Counted from the stretch's first letter, positions 1 to 9,720 are shown. The stretch: 64,000 bases of DNA from Methanobacteriota archaeon (GCA_003139855.1 PLGY01000025.1:9289-73288), one strand, 5' to 3'. A program made the numbers and translations. Notes: a model not told the origin generated them from the sequence alone.

Positions 1-602
1 ACGTGCCTAAGGCAGTGATTGAACTGAGCAAGAAGAAGACCGTCACAACGTTCTTGGACGGCGACCGCGGGGGCGAGTTGATCCTCAAGGAGCTCCTGCA
101 AACCGCTGACGTCGATTACGTCGCGTACGCGCCTGAAGGCAAGAGCGTTGAAGATTTGTCTCAAAAAGAGATCGTAAAGGCGCTCAGAAACAAACTGCCC
201 ATCGAACAGGTGCTCGAACAAAAGAACAAGAAAAAGCCCTCGCAAAATACTCGCAATCAGCCAGAGCCAGCGCCTCGCGTCGCGCCTGTTGAACCCAGCG
301 AGCCGTCTCCGATTGAAAGGAGCTTCAGAAACTACGTAGAGGCGCTGAACGGCACTCTGAATGCGGTTTTGCTCGACGCAGAGGGGAAAGTTTTAAAAGA
401 GGTAGCAGTGCGGAACCTCGCAAGCGCTCTGAAGGAATCAAATGGCCTTGTCAAAAGTGTTGTTTTTGATGGGGTTATCACTCAGCGTATTCTTGATATT
501 GCGGCAGAAAAAGAGCTTGATTATCTAATAGGCGTCAAAATCGGCAATGTTGCTAAAATGCCGCTTTCGGTCAAAGTACTCACTGTTGAAGATATCCAAT
601 AA
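1..602 (+). CDS. dnaG: DNA primase DnaG, C-terminal part (5' end cut by window edge)
   Basis: ORF 3..602 is open to the window edge. It has the TOPRIM-type motif LDGDRGGELILKELL followed by DYVAYAPEGKSVEDL, typical of archaeal DnaG. A K/P/E-rich linker precedes the C-terminal domain. Confidence 0.8.
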   Translation, partial: VPKAVIELSKKKTVTTFLDGDRGGELILKELLQTADVDYVAYAPEGKSVEDLSQKEIVKALRNKLPIEQVLEQKNKKKPSQNTRNQPEPAPRVAPVEPSEPSPIERSFRNYVEALNGTLNAVLLDAEGKVLKEVAVRNLASALKESNGLVKSVVFDGVITQRILDIAAEKELDYLIGVKIGNVAKMPLSVKVLTVEDIQ

Positions 603-611
603 CTTTTTGTT

Positions 612-650
612 GCGGAGCTAGTTTGACCAGCTCCGCTTCCAGTTTTTTCT
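612..650 (+). terminator. Hairpin plus T-run downstream of dnaG
   Basis: A perfect 8-bp stem gcggagct (612-619) / agctccgc (629-636) with a 9-nt loop is followed by a T6 run at 643-648, 10 nt after the dnaG stop. Confidence 0.45.
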
Positions 651-814
651 GTCTATCTCCAGAATTGGACAATATTACGCTGAGGGTCTAATATTGCCTG
701 AGGAGAATAACGACATCTTTAAATACTTTTTTTCGGAATCGCTATTCCTACATAAATACTTTATACCACGTGATTTTAACATTCGTACCGTCTAACGACA
801 CCGAGGTATGGCCC

Positions 815-1096
815 ATGCATAAAGAGGAACTTATTCAACTACACACACTGTTGGTTCGAGTCAAAAACTATTTTGAAGAACACACGTGTTGTAATGGTGA
901 ATTTGAGCGATACGCATCGCTTCATATCGGCCCGATGCACATACACAGAAGCAAGGCTGAGCATAAACACGCGATCTTCGTGCTTGGCAATGAACTCGCA
1001 TCTGTAATGGACTCTGAGGAGCTCTCTGGTACAGGCCGGATTTCAGTACGAATGCAAGAACTTGCCGCACGAACCGAGATGATAAAACTACGATAG
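815..1096 (+). CDS. UPF0058 family small protein
   Basis: The sequence MHKEELIQLHTLLVRVKNYFEE...IGPMHIHRSKAEHKHAIFVLG matches my memory of the archaeal UPF0058 pattern. The ATG at 815 is preceded by GAGGT. The track ORF starts at an upstream GTG (770). Confidence 0.65.
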   Translation: MHKEELIQLHTLLVRVKNYFEEHTCCNGEFERYASLHIGPMHIHRSKAEHKHAIFVLGNELASVMDSEELSGTGRISVRMQELAARTEMIKLR

Positions 1097-1537
1097 TAGG
1101 TTAACTAGTCGTTTCTCCATCAAATAGGCGTCTTCGCCATCTTGGTAATAAGCAGCAATAACATTGACCAGATTGAAGCCGAGCGATAAGTACAATCGCT
1201 GAGCGCCAATGTTGCTCAACCTCACTTCAAGGAGCAGCCGTAGGATTCCTTTTGTGCGCAAGACTTGGAAGAGGGCCTTTAGCAGCATTGAAGCAAACCC
1301 CTTGTTTTGGCACCTTTGATCTACGGCTATTGACAGGATTTTCACGTCAAATAAAGAGGTTACCACAGTGGTCAAGAACCCAACCACGTGACCACCTTCC
1401 TCCGCAACGAGGAAACCGTCAGGAAACGTTTCGTATGCCGTCATAAACAATATCGGGTTGTATTCGCCAAATGCCTCTTTTTCGATCGCTATGACCCGTT
1501 CAAAATCTGATGGTCGGAACCTACGAATTAAGGACAA
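1088..1537 (-). CDS. GNAT family N-acetyltransferase (RimI-like)
   Basis: 149 aa with the acetyl-CoA binding motif VDQRCQNKGFASMLL (Q/R-x-x-G-x-G/A) and a RimI-like N-terminus IRRFRPSDFERVIAIEKEAF. It overlaps the 3' end of the convergent UPF0058 gene by 9 nt. Confidence 0.8.
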   Translation of the reverse strand: MSLIRRFRPSDFERVIAIEKEAFGEYNPILFMTAYETFPDGFLVAEEGGHVVGFLTTVVTSLFDVKILSIAVDQRCQNKGFASMLLKALFQVLRTKGILRLLLEVRLSNIGAQRLYLSLGFNLVNVIAAYYQDGEDAYLMEKRLVNLLS

Positions 1538-1605
1538 GAACCAGCTCCTGGCTACGGCCTGTCGACACGGAATAGGTATATGCTAACAAAAGATAATTAA
1601 AGGCT

Positions 1606-2031
1606 GTGGCTATGTCTGACCGCTGCGCGGAAGTACTCCCAGAGTTTATACGAAACAACTACTCCGCAAGGTTAGTTGAAGTCGGGAGCGGCAGATATTC
1701 GGAAGTCGCCATTGCGCTTCGCTCCAGGTTTAAGGTTACGGCAACGGACATCCTTGAAATTGATGCGGTCGATTGCCGCTTGAAGCCCATTTACGTTAAA
1801 GACGATGTCACGCGTCCAGATCTGCGAGTGTATCGAGGTGCTAGTTTGATTTATGCCATTCGGCCTCCAATGGAAATTCAGCGAAGCATTATAGAGTTAT
1901 CTGAGCGAATAGGTGCGGACGCGCTCATTAAACCGCTTGGGTCCGAGATCATCGAGGCCGCGCGACTACGCTTGATCAATTTTCGCGGAATGCCGATGTA
2001 CATCGTGAGACACGCGACTGCGATTGAGTAG
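1606..2031 (+). CDS. UPF0146 family protein (Rossmann/methyltransferase-like)
   Basis: 141 aa with LVEVGSGRYSEVAIALRSRFKVTATDI, a glycine-rich loop followed by an acidic residue, as in archaeal UPF0146 proteins. Confidence 0.55.
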   Translation: MAMSDRCAEVLPEFIRNNYSARLVEVGSGRYSEVAIALRSRFKVTATDILEIDAVDCRLKPIYVKDDVTRPDLRVYRGASLIYAIRPPMEIQRSIIELSERIGADALIKPLGSEIIEAARLRLINFRGMPMYIVRHATAIE

Positions 2032-2223
2032 CTCAACCCGGCCTGTTAACCGGGCTTTAGACGTGAATGCTGCCGCCAGGCGGCTAGTGCGCAGAAGCCG
2101 AGTTGTGCAGCTCCGCACTTGGTGGCTAACTGTGACTTGTTCAACGTTGCCGCTCCCGTCTGCCGCAGCTGGCCGATCGATAGAGCTATTTTTCATAACA
2201 ACACCTATTGAATCGCGAATCTT

Positions 2224-3798
2224 ATGGTGTCAGGCTTTAAAAAATTGACTGCGATCGCGGGCAACGGTGAAGGGGCCGGGCTCGAGTTTAAGGAGTTCTT
2301 GACACGAGAAACCCATCTTAAGGGAGAGCGTCGGCAAACTCTCGCGTGTCAAATGAATTACAAACTCCTGCAAGCTGATGGGAAAGCGCAGTATATTGTA
2401 GGGATTACCGATTCAGGCTATCTGAAAGGCATTTCAAGGCCGCAGCTAGATGAGTCTGTGCATGTCTTGCACGCCATCGCTCGCGACGTTGGTGCGGACG
2501 TGTGTGGGCTAGAAGAATACGTGGTTAAGGGAGGTCATATCGGATTAATAACTATTAAAAACAAGCACTCAGAAAGAGACCACATTCTTATTGGAACCGC
2601 CGGGCATGTTGACCATGGCAAAAGCACCTTAGTGGGCACGATTGTAAGCGGTATCCCTGATGATGGGGCAGGAAAAACGAGGCTGTTTTTGGACGTCAAG
2701 CCCCATGAAATAGAGAGAGGACTCTCCGCAGATCTATCGTACGTAGTGTACGGGTTCAATGAGCGCGTCATCCGACTTAAGAACCCACTAAGCAAGAGAG
2801 AACGAGCAGATGTCGTTCAAAATTCCGGAAAGCTCGTGTCGTTTGTCGATACTGTGGGGCACGAACCGTGGCTCAGAACTACCATAAGGGGGATCGTCGG
2901 GCCAAAGCTTGATTACGGCCTTCTAGTCGTCGCCGCCGACGATGGTGTAACTCACGTCACGCGGGAACATCTAGGAATCTTACTCGCAATGGAACTTCCC
3001 ACCATTGTCGCATTAACGAAGATCGATAGAGTTAGTGAGCGGGCTATCCGAGAGGTTGAATCTCAGATCCACGACATCCTGCGTATCGTCGGCCGAGTGC
3101 CTTACAAGTTGAAAGCGGTCGACGGGGTCGAGAAGATTTGCGGTAAGGTCGCGCAAGGGCTGCTCGTGCCGATTATACGGACTTCGCCTGTGACTCTTGA
3201 TGGTATTGAAATCTTGGACGAGCTTTTCAAGCGTCTGCCAAAAAGGAACATGACTGAGAACGGGGACTTTGAGATTTACATCGACCGCGTTTACCAGATA
3301 ACTGGCGTTGGGTCCGTGGCCAGCGGCACGATCAAGAGCGGCACGGCTGCTGTTGGCGACACGCTCTATCTAGGCCCCGCAAAAGACGGTGCATTCTGGC
3401 GAGTTAAGATCCAATCGATTGAAATGCATCACTGTAAAGTTGAAAAAGCCTCTGCCGGCGATATCGTCGGGCTTGCCATTAAGGGCGTTAAGCCTCACGA
3501 CATTGAGCGAGGCATGGTTCTAGCGCGAAATAAACCCGCTGCGGTCCGGGAATTTGTCGGTGAAGTGTATATCTTGCACCACCCAACGAGGATCGGACGC
3601 GGTTATGAACCAGTGATTCACATCGAAACCATATCAGAGAGCGTGACCTTTGATCCTGAGCGTGAGTTCATGATGGCCGGCGAGTCTGGGATAGTGAGGG
3701 TCCGGTTCAAATATCGACCGTATCACGTATATACGGGTCAGAAATTCATTTTTAGAGAAGGCAAGAGCAAGGGCGTTGGAACCATTCTAAACGTTTGA
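2224..3798 (+). CDS. EF-1alpha-related translational GTPase, GTPBP1-like
   Basis: 524 aa. G1 is GHVDHGKSTLVG, G3 is DTVGHE and G4 is TKID. EF-Tu-like beta-barrel domains and an N-terminal extra domain are present. Confidence 0.8.
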   Translation: MVSGFKKLTAIAGNGEGAGLEFKEFLTRETHLKGERRQTLACQMNYKLLQADGKAQYIVGITDSGYLKGISRPQLDESVHVLHAIARDVGADVCGLEEYVVKGGHIGLITIKNKHSERDHILIGTAGHVDHGKSTLVGTIVSGIPDDGAGKTRLFLDVKPHEIERGLSADLSYVVYGFNERVIRLKNPLSKRERADVVQNSGKLVSFVDTVGHEPWLRTTIRGIVGPKLDYGLLVVAADDGVTHVTREHLGILLAMELPTIVALTKIDRVSERAIREVESQIHDILRIVGRVPYKLKAVDGVEKICGKVAQGLLVPIIRTSPVTLDGIEILDELFKRLPKRNMTENGDFEIYIDRVYQITGVGSVASGTIKSGTAAVGDTLYLGPAKDGAFWRVKIQSIEMHHCKVEKASAGDIVGLAIKGVKPHDIERGMVLARNKPAAVREFVGEVYILHHPTRIGRGYEPVIHIETISESVTFDPEREFMMAGESGIVRVRFKYRPYHVYTGQKFIFREGKSKGVGTILNV

Positions 3799-3828
3799 AA
3801 TTGCCTCCCCACAGACAGATGCGCTAGT

Positions 3829-4767
3829 CTATATCCCAAATGATTCCGCGAGCACCGCTTCGTTCAATCGGCCAAACTTGAGCGTGTTACTTGATTGCGC
3901 ATCCGTGATCGTGACTTGGGCAGGTGCGAACATGAACTTGTCTATCTTATAAAAGTCATAGTTTGCGTCTTTGAAGGTTTGGTAAAACGGCTTGCCATAG
4001 GACGAAGACGTTTCCGAGGGCAGTTTTTCGAATAGCTTGTCGTACTTATTGACCGTCATGAAGACATTTCCATAGTAGATTATGCCATCGTTCGTCATAC
4101 CCATCGCTCGAAGTGAGTCTTTGGAGACGGGCGCGATCGGGCACGAACCGGCTGCGCTCATTATTTGTAATGTGTCATACCCGAGTTCAGCGGCTTTGTA
4201 AACGGCGACTTCAACTACTCTACCGGCCACCTGAACGGTACCGACAATTGATGACGTCGGCGCGTTAAGAAGTGTCAATTTTGAAGGCTCGAGGTTGCAT
4301 TGCTCGGCGATCTCGTCTGCAACCTTCTCATCGGGCAAATGGTCGCATTCAAGTGCGATTACCCCAAAATCATAATCATCTTCGTAGTCTATCAGTTCGT
4401 ACGTCTTCTTCGGCTGGCACGACAAAGCTCGCGCCGGTCCTGAACCCATTGCGCTGTAGTTATCGCCCCTTATTGACCAGCCCGCTTTCTGAGATCCAAG
4501 CGTGGCAAGAGCGGGATGGTCTGTAAAAACGTGAATAAACACCAAGGGCGTATCTTTCAACGTCTGCACGGTGAGACTGACAGACCCGAGCCCACCGAGG
4601 CATATTTCGGTAAACATCTCGCCAGCTTCGTAGCCGCCCTCAACATTGACGCCGCAGTCAATAACCGTGGAACCGTTGTCAAGCTCAAGCGCCTCGATCT
4701 TCAGTTCTTCCGTATAGTCTAACATTTCTTCAACGATTCCCATAGAGATTTCATTAACGCTAAGCAC
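3829..4767 (-). CDS. mch: Methenyltetrahydromethanopterin cyclohydrolase
   Basis: 312 aa. The N-terminus SVNEISMGIVEEMLDYTEELKIEALELDNGSTVIDCGVNVEGGYEAGEMFTEICLGGLG and the overall length match Mch. Confidence 0.85.
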   Translation of the reverse strand: MLSVNEISMGIVEEMLDYTEELKIEALELDNGSTVIDCGVNVEGGYEAGEMFTEICLGGLGSVSLTVQTLKDTPLVFIHVFTDHPALATLGSQKAGWSIRGDNYSAMGSGPARALSCQPKKTYELIDYEDDYDFGVIALECDHLPDEKVADEIAEQCNLEPSKLTLLNAPTSSIVGTVQVAGRVVEVAVYKAAELGYDTLQIMSAAGSCPIAPVSKDSLRAMGMTNDGIIYYGNVFMTVNKYDKLFEKLPSETSSSYGKPFYQTFKDANYDFYKIDKFMFAPAQVTITDAQSSNTLKFGRLNEAVLAESFGI

Positions 4768-4845
4768 ATTATCAACTCCAAGATTTAGATAGGATAAAGG
4801 CTATATTTCTCTTGCGATCAGACTTGTATGCCTCAGCGGGGGTGA

Positions 4846-5766
4846 TTAGTCAGCTCTAGTTTCCATACGTAATTTGGCTTTTTCAAGTTGCCTCAGTTTG
4901 TCAAAGGCAGCCAATCGAGGCAAATTGGCGAGCGTTTTGCTCGGAGAAATCCAAACGCGCTCTTGACCAAATGCATCAATGAACGGGCCAACACGCTTTT
5001 CGAGAGCTTCAATTGATTCTGGTTGCTCCTTTGATGAATCTACACATCCAACACAGGCTACTTTTTCGTGCACCTCAAAAAGTTCTTTATATTTAAGCGT
5101 CGCCTTATTCTGGGCGAAATCAACAACGTCAAAGGAAATGACCGCGATTTTTGCTTCTAACAGCTTTGGAAAGGCTTTGCTCACGTCTCCTTCGAAGTGA
5201 CAAACGGGCGTTTTCACCCGTTTGAAAAGTACCGACAGCAGGTCTAAAAATACGTCAAGGTCGCGGACGATTTCGATGGGTTCGATGATTTGGATCAAGC
5301 TTGCATGGTTCTCTCTCAGCGCGTCGATTTCGTAGCGAAGCACAGATGCAATATCAAACAGCAAGTTCACGTCGTGTTTGGATCTGTACGGCGCTTTTGG
5401 GTCTAGTACGCAGCTTTCGACAAATGAGAACGGGCCCGGCAACACTGCCTTAACACGCGCTGCGTCGCCGCATTCTCTTGCAGCAGTAAGAAAATCTAAT
5501 TCCGCTGTTGTACTGTGCGGAGTCCCCAAGGTGTTTTGAATTCGTGGATGATCCTCCATCAGCATTCCGGGAACGTTGGATGCGAGCAGGTGAGTGAGCT
5601 GCCTCACTTGACCGTCTGTAACGATGTCTACGCCGGCTCTTAACTGGTCCTGAACCGCCTTTTTGACCGCAACGGTGAATGGGTTCTCGCCACCTACTCG
5701 GACGTATTCTCGTATAGAGTTGAGATCTGGTCGTGTTGGGTAACCGCTCAAGTTCGCCGAGAGCAT
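4846..5766 (-). CDS. metE: Short archaeal cobalamin-independent methionine synthase (MetE C-terminal-domain type)
   Basis: 306 aa. GYPTRP...AVKKAVQDQLRAGVDIVTDGQVR closely resembles the short methanogen MetE family. It lies 1 nt downstream of the AI-2E permease gene on the same strand. Confidence 0.7.
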   Translation of the reverse strand: MLSANLSGYPTRPDLNSIREYVRVGGENPFTVAVKKAVQDQLRAGVDIVTDGQVRQLTHLLASNVPGMLMEDHPRIQNTLGTPHSTTAELDFLTAARECGDAARVKAVLPGPFSFVESCVLDPKAPYRSKHDVNLLFDIASVLRYEIDALRENHASLIQIIEPIEIVRDLDVFLDLLSVLFKRVKTPVCHFEGDVSKAFPKLLEAKIAVISFDVVDFAQNKATLKYKELFEVHEKVACVGCVDSSKEQPESIEALEKRVGPFIDAFGQERVWISPSKTLANLPRLAAFDKLRQLEKAKLRMETRAD

Positions 5767-5767
5767 G

Positions 5768-6835
5768 CTAAGAACCCACCGGCAGCATTTTTTCTTGTTG
5801 TGTCTCTCGGTACGTCCTGTACAAAGCGAGGGCCAGGCCGTAAGCCGCCGGCCCTATGACGAAGCCGATCGGCCCGAGTGCTAAAATGGGGGCCGTGAAC
5901 GCAAGAATCGTCAGCGCTTGAGGCACCCTGCCAGTACGGTGGGCCCACATCGGAAGTATGTACAAGCCTGTAAGTTGATCAAGCACGGCCCAGCTAAAAA
6001 TCAATAGAACCACGGCCCTTATTGGATCTCCGATAAGCAAGTAATACAATGTGAGCGGTACGTACACGATTGCCCTCCCAATGACTGGGATGAGCCCAAA
6101 AATCGCAATGAGTATTGCGAACGTAATGAAATAGGGCACCCCAAGGATTGCGTATCCCACCGCTGCTAAGATGCCACTCACGATACTGGATCCGAGATTG
6201 ACGACGTAGAGTGAGTAATAAATGAGTTGCAGGTGTCCCAGAAACCGATTTACGACGGTTTGATACTCCGCCGGTACTAATGTGCGCATCTCGTGGAAGA
6301 AATCCTTGCCACGCAGCAAGAGGTAGTAGAGAAGCAAAGTCACGATCACCAGTTCGACGATGTAGAGCGGTATGTTTAGGATGACCCGTTCTATGACACT
6401 TGTTGAACTCGCTAACAGATCCTGCAGAATGGTCGACAATATCTGAGAGATCCTACCCTGCAAGCTTGCCACTTGGAGGCTCTCGCTTATTCGCGCGCTA
6501 AGGTTCGTGATTAGACTTTCGAAGCCCTGGTTGAACAACTTGTTAATGTTTTCAGAAGAGCTAGACAAACTAGCGATCTCACTGTACAATATGTAAACGA
6601 TATCTAGCAATACGAAAGCGAGGGCCGCGAAGATGGAAACGATGACAATTAGAATGGCGCTTCGCCGTCTGTGTATGCGTTTTTCGAGCCACGCAGTGGG
6701 GTATTGTAGAATAAAAGCGAGCAATAGCGTTATGGCAATGACGTCTTTGAATGGCCACGAGATAAAGACAAGGACTGTGGCAACACTCGCTACAAGAACT
6801 AGGAGTAATAGCCTATCGCGTAGCGTTTTGTCCAT
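5768..6835 (-). CDS. AI-2E family transporter (PerM/UPF0118)
   Basis: 355 aa polytopic membrane protein with the family-typical C-terminal half (GLIPVIGRAIVYVPL...). Confidence 0.75.
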   Translation of the reverse strand: MDKTLRDRLLLLVLVASVATVLVFISWPFKDVIAITLLLAFILQYPTAWLEKRIHRRRSAILIVIVSIFAALAFVLLDIVYILYSEIASLSSSSENINKLFNQGFESLITNLSARISESLQVASLQGRISQILSTILQDLLASSTSVIERVILNIPLYIVELVIVTLLLYYLLLRGKDFFHEMRTLVPAEYQTVVNRFLGHLQLIYYSLYVVNLGSSIVSGILAAVGYAILGVPYFITFAILIAIFGLIPVIGRAIVYVPLTLYYLLIGDPIRAVVLLIFSWAVLDQLTGLYILPMWAHRTGRVPQALTILAFTAPILALGPIGFVIGPAAYGLALALYRTYRETQQEKMLPVGS

Positions 6836-6940
6836 AGATCCTGTGCGGCCCCTTCCTCAACTCACTACTCATCCGAGATCAAGCTTTCTATGCGCGCGCA
6901 TCGACAGCGTTATTATCTGCGTCCTCGTGTAATTCACTGC

Positions 6941-7300
6941 ATGGACCGACTAAACAAGATCTTTGAATTGCAGGCGAGCTTTGACGAATCCGTTCAAAAT
7001 CGAGCCCCTTTTAACAAGTGGAGCAAAGAAGACCAGGTCGTCGCCTTGCTCGGGCATTTGATACAAGAGTCTTACGAGACGCGCAACACGCTAGGCGTCG
7101 TCATCACCGGTGAGAGGAAGTGGTGGAAAAAACACACGCTGTCTGCGGAAAAGTGGGGCAGCGTTCACGAAGAACTAATTGATTGCTTGCACTTCCTCGT
7201 GTCTGCGATGATCAGCGCAGGTCTGACGCCACAAACGGTCATCGAAGCGTATGAAAAAAAGAACCTCGTTAACAGAAAGAGGCAAGCTGAGGGCTACTAG
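6941..7300 (+). CDS. Dimeric dUTPase-like / MazG-like all-alpha NTP pyrophosphohydrolase
   Basis: ELQASFDE...KWWKKH...EELIDCLHFLVS is the WKWWK plus ELxDxLHFxxS pattern of the dUTPase_2 family. The ATG at 6941 gives a family-typical N-terminus MDRLNKIFELQ. Confidence 0.6.
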   Translation: MDRLNKIFELQASFDESVQNRAPFNKWSKEDQVVALLGHLIQESYETRNTLGVVITGERKWWKKHTLSAEKWGSVHEELIDCLHFLVSAMISAGLTPQTVIEAYEKKNLVNRKRQAEGY

Positions 7301-8487
7301 ATCTTAATCTTTCCATACCAACCGCCCCTGCCCACAAACTCGAAGTCGATAGCGTCTTTTCTAAACCGTTCAAGCACGTCCGCGAGTTCTGGGTGCTGTT
7401 GCCGCACATCACCTAGAGGCGCATCGATTAGAATGTTTATTTCGTTATGAAATTCCCGTATCAGTTCGCCGTAACTCTTCTTGACGTTCATAGCCTTGGA
7501 CCGCTTCATAGCCTTGGACCGCTTCATAGCCTTCAGTATCTCTAAGAGTGGCACAGTGTGTCTATAAGGTGGTCTTCGTGCTGAAGGAACTTCGCCACTC
7601 TTGAGCGCAAGGAGTCGTATTCGATCTTTGACACCTATTTTGAGTGGCCCGCCGCACTCGGGACAGGTTTTTAGCACGTTTCCATCAACGGTGATATCTT
7701 CTAGGTCGTAAGCTTTTTTGCAGCGATGACATCCTGTCAGATGGTACTTGCCCTCTCGTGGATCGAGACCTACGTTGAGGACCACTCCCCGACCGTTGAT
7801 GCCTTGAAATGCTCGACCTATCTCTCTAAAACTTGGGCGTCGCAAGCAGAATCGCGTAAACTCTCTGCCTAACTTGTCAGGCGCCGCGGAATGTGCGTCA
7901 CTGAAAGACACGAAGGTGCATGAATCCAACTCTGCTAACTTGCTGGCCATTTCGGTGTCGGCACTAAGTCCGAGCTCTAGAAAAGTGACGAGATCAGCAT
8001 TCTCTCCATAACACTCACGGATGCTGTCGTATGCGGCATACATTGATGTCCAAGGGGTGAACGCGTGTGACGGCCCCGCGAGTGCATCAACGTCACGAAC
8101 TAAACTGGTAAGTTTTTCAGGCGATATTCTAAGCTGAGGTCTGCCGCCAGTTAATTGGGAATACCCGTTGTTCAACACCACTTCGCGGAGTTCGTGCGCG
8201 GAAGAGAAACTCGGAAACAATATCACATGGTGAACGCGCCCCTTGACCGTTGTTTCAATTTCAGTTTGAATAACAAACGCAATTCCATCAATCTCGTAAC
8301 AGTCTCCACGCTTTTCTAAGCTCGATTCTAGCTCTTCTAGCCATGCGCTGTGAAGACAATCGCCAGTTCCGAGCACTTGAATGCCTTTCAAATGAGCAGT
8401 TTCACACATTCGCGGCAGATCCATCTTAGGGCTCGTCCCGATGCTGAAACGTGAGTGCACGTGCAGATCTACGTCAAAGTGCTTCAT
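7297..8487 (-). CDS. endoQ: Endonuclease Q-type PHP phosphoesterase with Zn ribbon
   Basis: The PHP N-terminus is DVDLHVHSRFS...GTGDCLHSAW. An internal CxxC...CxxC ribbon (GCHRCKK...CPECGG) is present, and the size is about 400 aa. This is the architecture of COG1379/EndoQ. I place the start at MKHFDVDLH (ATG 8487); the upstream track extension translates an AT-rich promoter. Confidence 0.7.
   Translation of the reverse strand: MKHFDVDLHVHSRFSIGTSPKMDLPRMCETAHLKGIQVLGTGDCLHSAWLEELESSLEKRGDCYEIDGIAFVIQTEIETTVKGRVHHVILFPSFSSAHELREVVLNNGYSQLTGGRPQLRISPEKLTSLVRDVDALAGPSHAFTPWTSMYAAYDSIRECYGENADLVTFLELGLSADTEMASKLAELDSCTFVSFSDAHSAAPDKLGREFTRFCLRRPSFREIGRAFQGINGRGVVLNVGLDPREGKYHLTGCHRCKKAYDLEDITVDGNVLKTCPECGGPLKIGVKDRIRLLALKSGEVPSARRPPYRHTVPLLEILKAMKRSKAMKRSKAMNVKKSYGELIREFHNEINILIDAPLGDVRQQHPELADVLERFRKDAIDFEFVGRGGWYGKIKI
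7489..7533. repeat. 18-bp in-frame tandem repeat, about 2.5 copies, inside endoQ
   Basis: catagccttggaccgctt occurs at 7489-7506 and 7507-7524, plus a partial copy catagcctt at 7525-7533. It encodes KAMKRS-KAMKRS-KAM. Confidence 0.95.
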
Positions 8488-8508
8488 CTCTGGGTATTTC
8501 GTAAAACA

Positions 8509-8520
8509 GATATAAATAGC
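8509..8520 (-). promoter_or_regulatory. TATA-like box for endoQ (probably leaderless mRNA)
   Basis: The minus strand reads gctatttatatc, centred about 27 nt upstream of the ATG at 8487. There is no SD-like motif in between. Confidence 0.4.
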
Positions 8521-8625
8521 TAAATAGCTCAATATCGTTATCGTGAAGACGAACATCCAAGTAGTTTTTAAGTCAAGAAAAAGAGTATATGTAGGAAAGC
8601 TAGACGCCTGAAGCGATTAAGCTCT

Positions 8626-9498
8626 ATGGATAAAATTTACACAGCGATCACTGAGGCTGCTAATGAGCTGGCAAAAAAAATCAATGCAGCACATATTTTT
8701 GTGATCTCAGATGCATCGTGTATCGAGGTGCCCTGCGACGTCCCTTCGACTTTCATTGAAACCTCTTCGCTAACGAAAGGTGTCACCAATGAATTGCAAG
8801 ACCTCCTAAGCCAAAGCGCAACCCAGAACCTCAAAACTAAGATCGTCGCCCCAGCGCTCAATGATTTCGCGCTTGTGCAGGACATTGCCACCGCGGCCTA
8901 TGTTCAGGATGTAATAAATGGAGGGTACATCGTCGGCGTGCTATGCCTGGCGGATCTATCGTCTATCGTTGTGTGTGACGTCAAACGGCTTGTAACGGTG
9001 CAGGCAATAGACCGGACAGCGGAACGCATGGATCCAACGGCGCTAAAAGCGGTGTTGCGATTGGCTCTTGAATTGGGAAGAGAGGGCCGAGAGGGCAAGA
9101 AAGTGGGAACGGCATTCATAATTGGGGACACGAATGAAGTGCTGAGAAGATCGCATCAGCTCATTCTGAATCCGTACAAGGGACACGCCGAAGACATGCG
9201 GGACATAAAGAATCCTTCGCATTGGGAAACCATCAAAGAATTTGCTCAGATAGACGGCGTTTTTATCATAGATGAGAAAGGTTTCATCACATCAGCCGGC
9301 AGATACTTAGACGTAGACACAAAATCTATAGAGTTAGAGGGGTTAGGGGGGCGACATATATCGGCGCTTGCGATCACGCGCGAGACACACGCAATAGCAA
9401 TAACCGTTTCAGAAAGCGGGGGAACAGTCCGCCTTTTCAAAGACGGCATCGAAACCAGAATCGAGCCGAGCGCTGACTTATTTATGCTCCTACCCTAA
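8626..9498 (+). CDS. dacZ: Diadenylate cyclase (DAC/DisA_N domain), archaeal DacZ type
   Basis: 290 aa. The C-terminal DAC domain shows GTAFIIGD...DGVFIIDEKGFITSAGRYL...GGRHISALAIT. Confidence 0.75.
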   Translation: MDKIYTAITEAANELAKKINAAHIFVISDASCIEVPCDVPSTFIETSSLTKGVTNELQDLLSQSATQNLKTKIVAPALNDFALVQDIATAAYVQDVINGGYIVGVLCLADLSSIVVCDVKRLVTVQAIDRTAERMDPTALKAVLRLALELGREGREGKKVGTAFIIGDTNEVLRRSHQLILNPYKGHAEDMRDIKNPSHWETIKEFAQIDGVFIIDEKGFITSAGRYLDVDTKSIELEGLGGRHISALAITRETHAIAITVSESGGTVRLFKDGIETRIEPSADLFMLLP

Positions 9499-9597
9499 TG
9501 TGATCACTCAGCTGATGCGATTACTCAGCTGTAGAGGTCTTAGCACCGTATCAGCGAAGTGAATCTCTTCGTCGTCTCAGAATTTGCTCGCCTGTCG

Positions 9598-9605
9598 TTT
9601 TTTTT
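9598..9605 (+). terminator. Oligo-T tract downstream of dacZ
   Basis: A T8 run sits 100 nt after the dacZ stop. Archaeal termination typically uses oligo-T. Confidence 0.4.
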
Positions 9606-9720
9606 GCGCTCGCTGATTTATATTTCCTTTGGGTCTAGCAGTCTGTTCAATCCGCGCGCTGAAAAAGCATCTTGTATGAGGCGTTAAAAAGAAAGCTGAA
9701 TGCACGAGTGAAAACGTTTA

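Noticed and set aside
8488-8556. The EndoQ-like ORF has a hydrophobic 23-aa N-terminal extension that could be read as a signal or anchor peptide.
   Set aside because: It is the translation of an AT-rich stretch containing a TATA box (gctatttatatc). PHP-domain homologs start at the DLHVHS strand.
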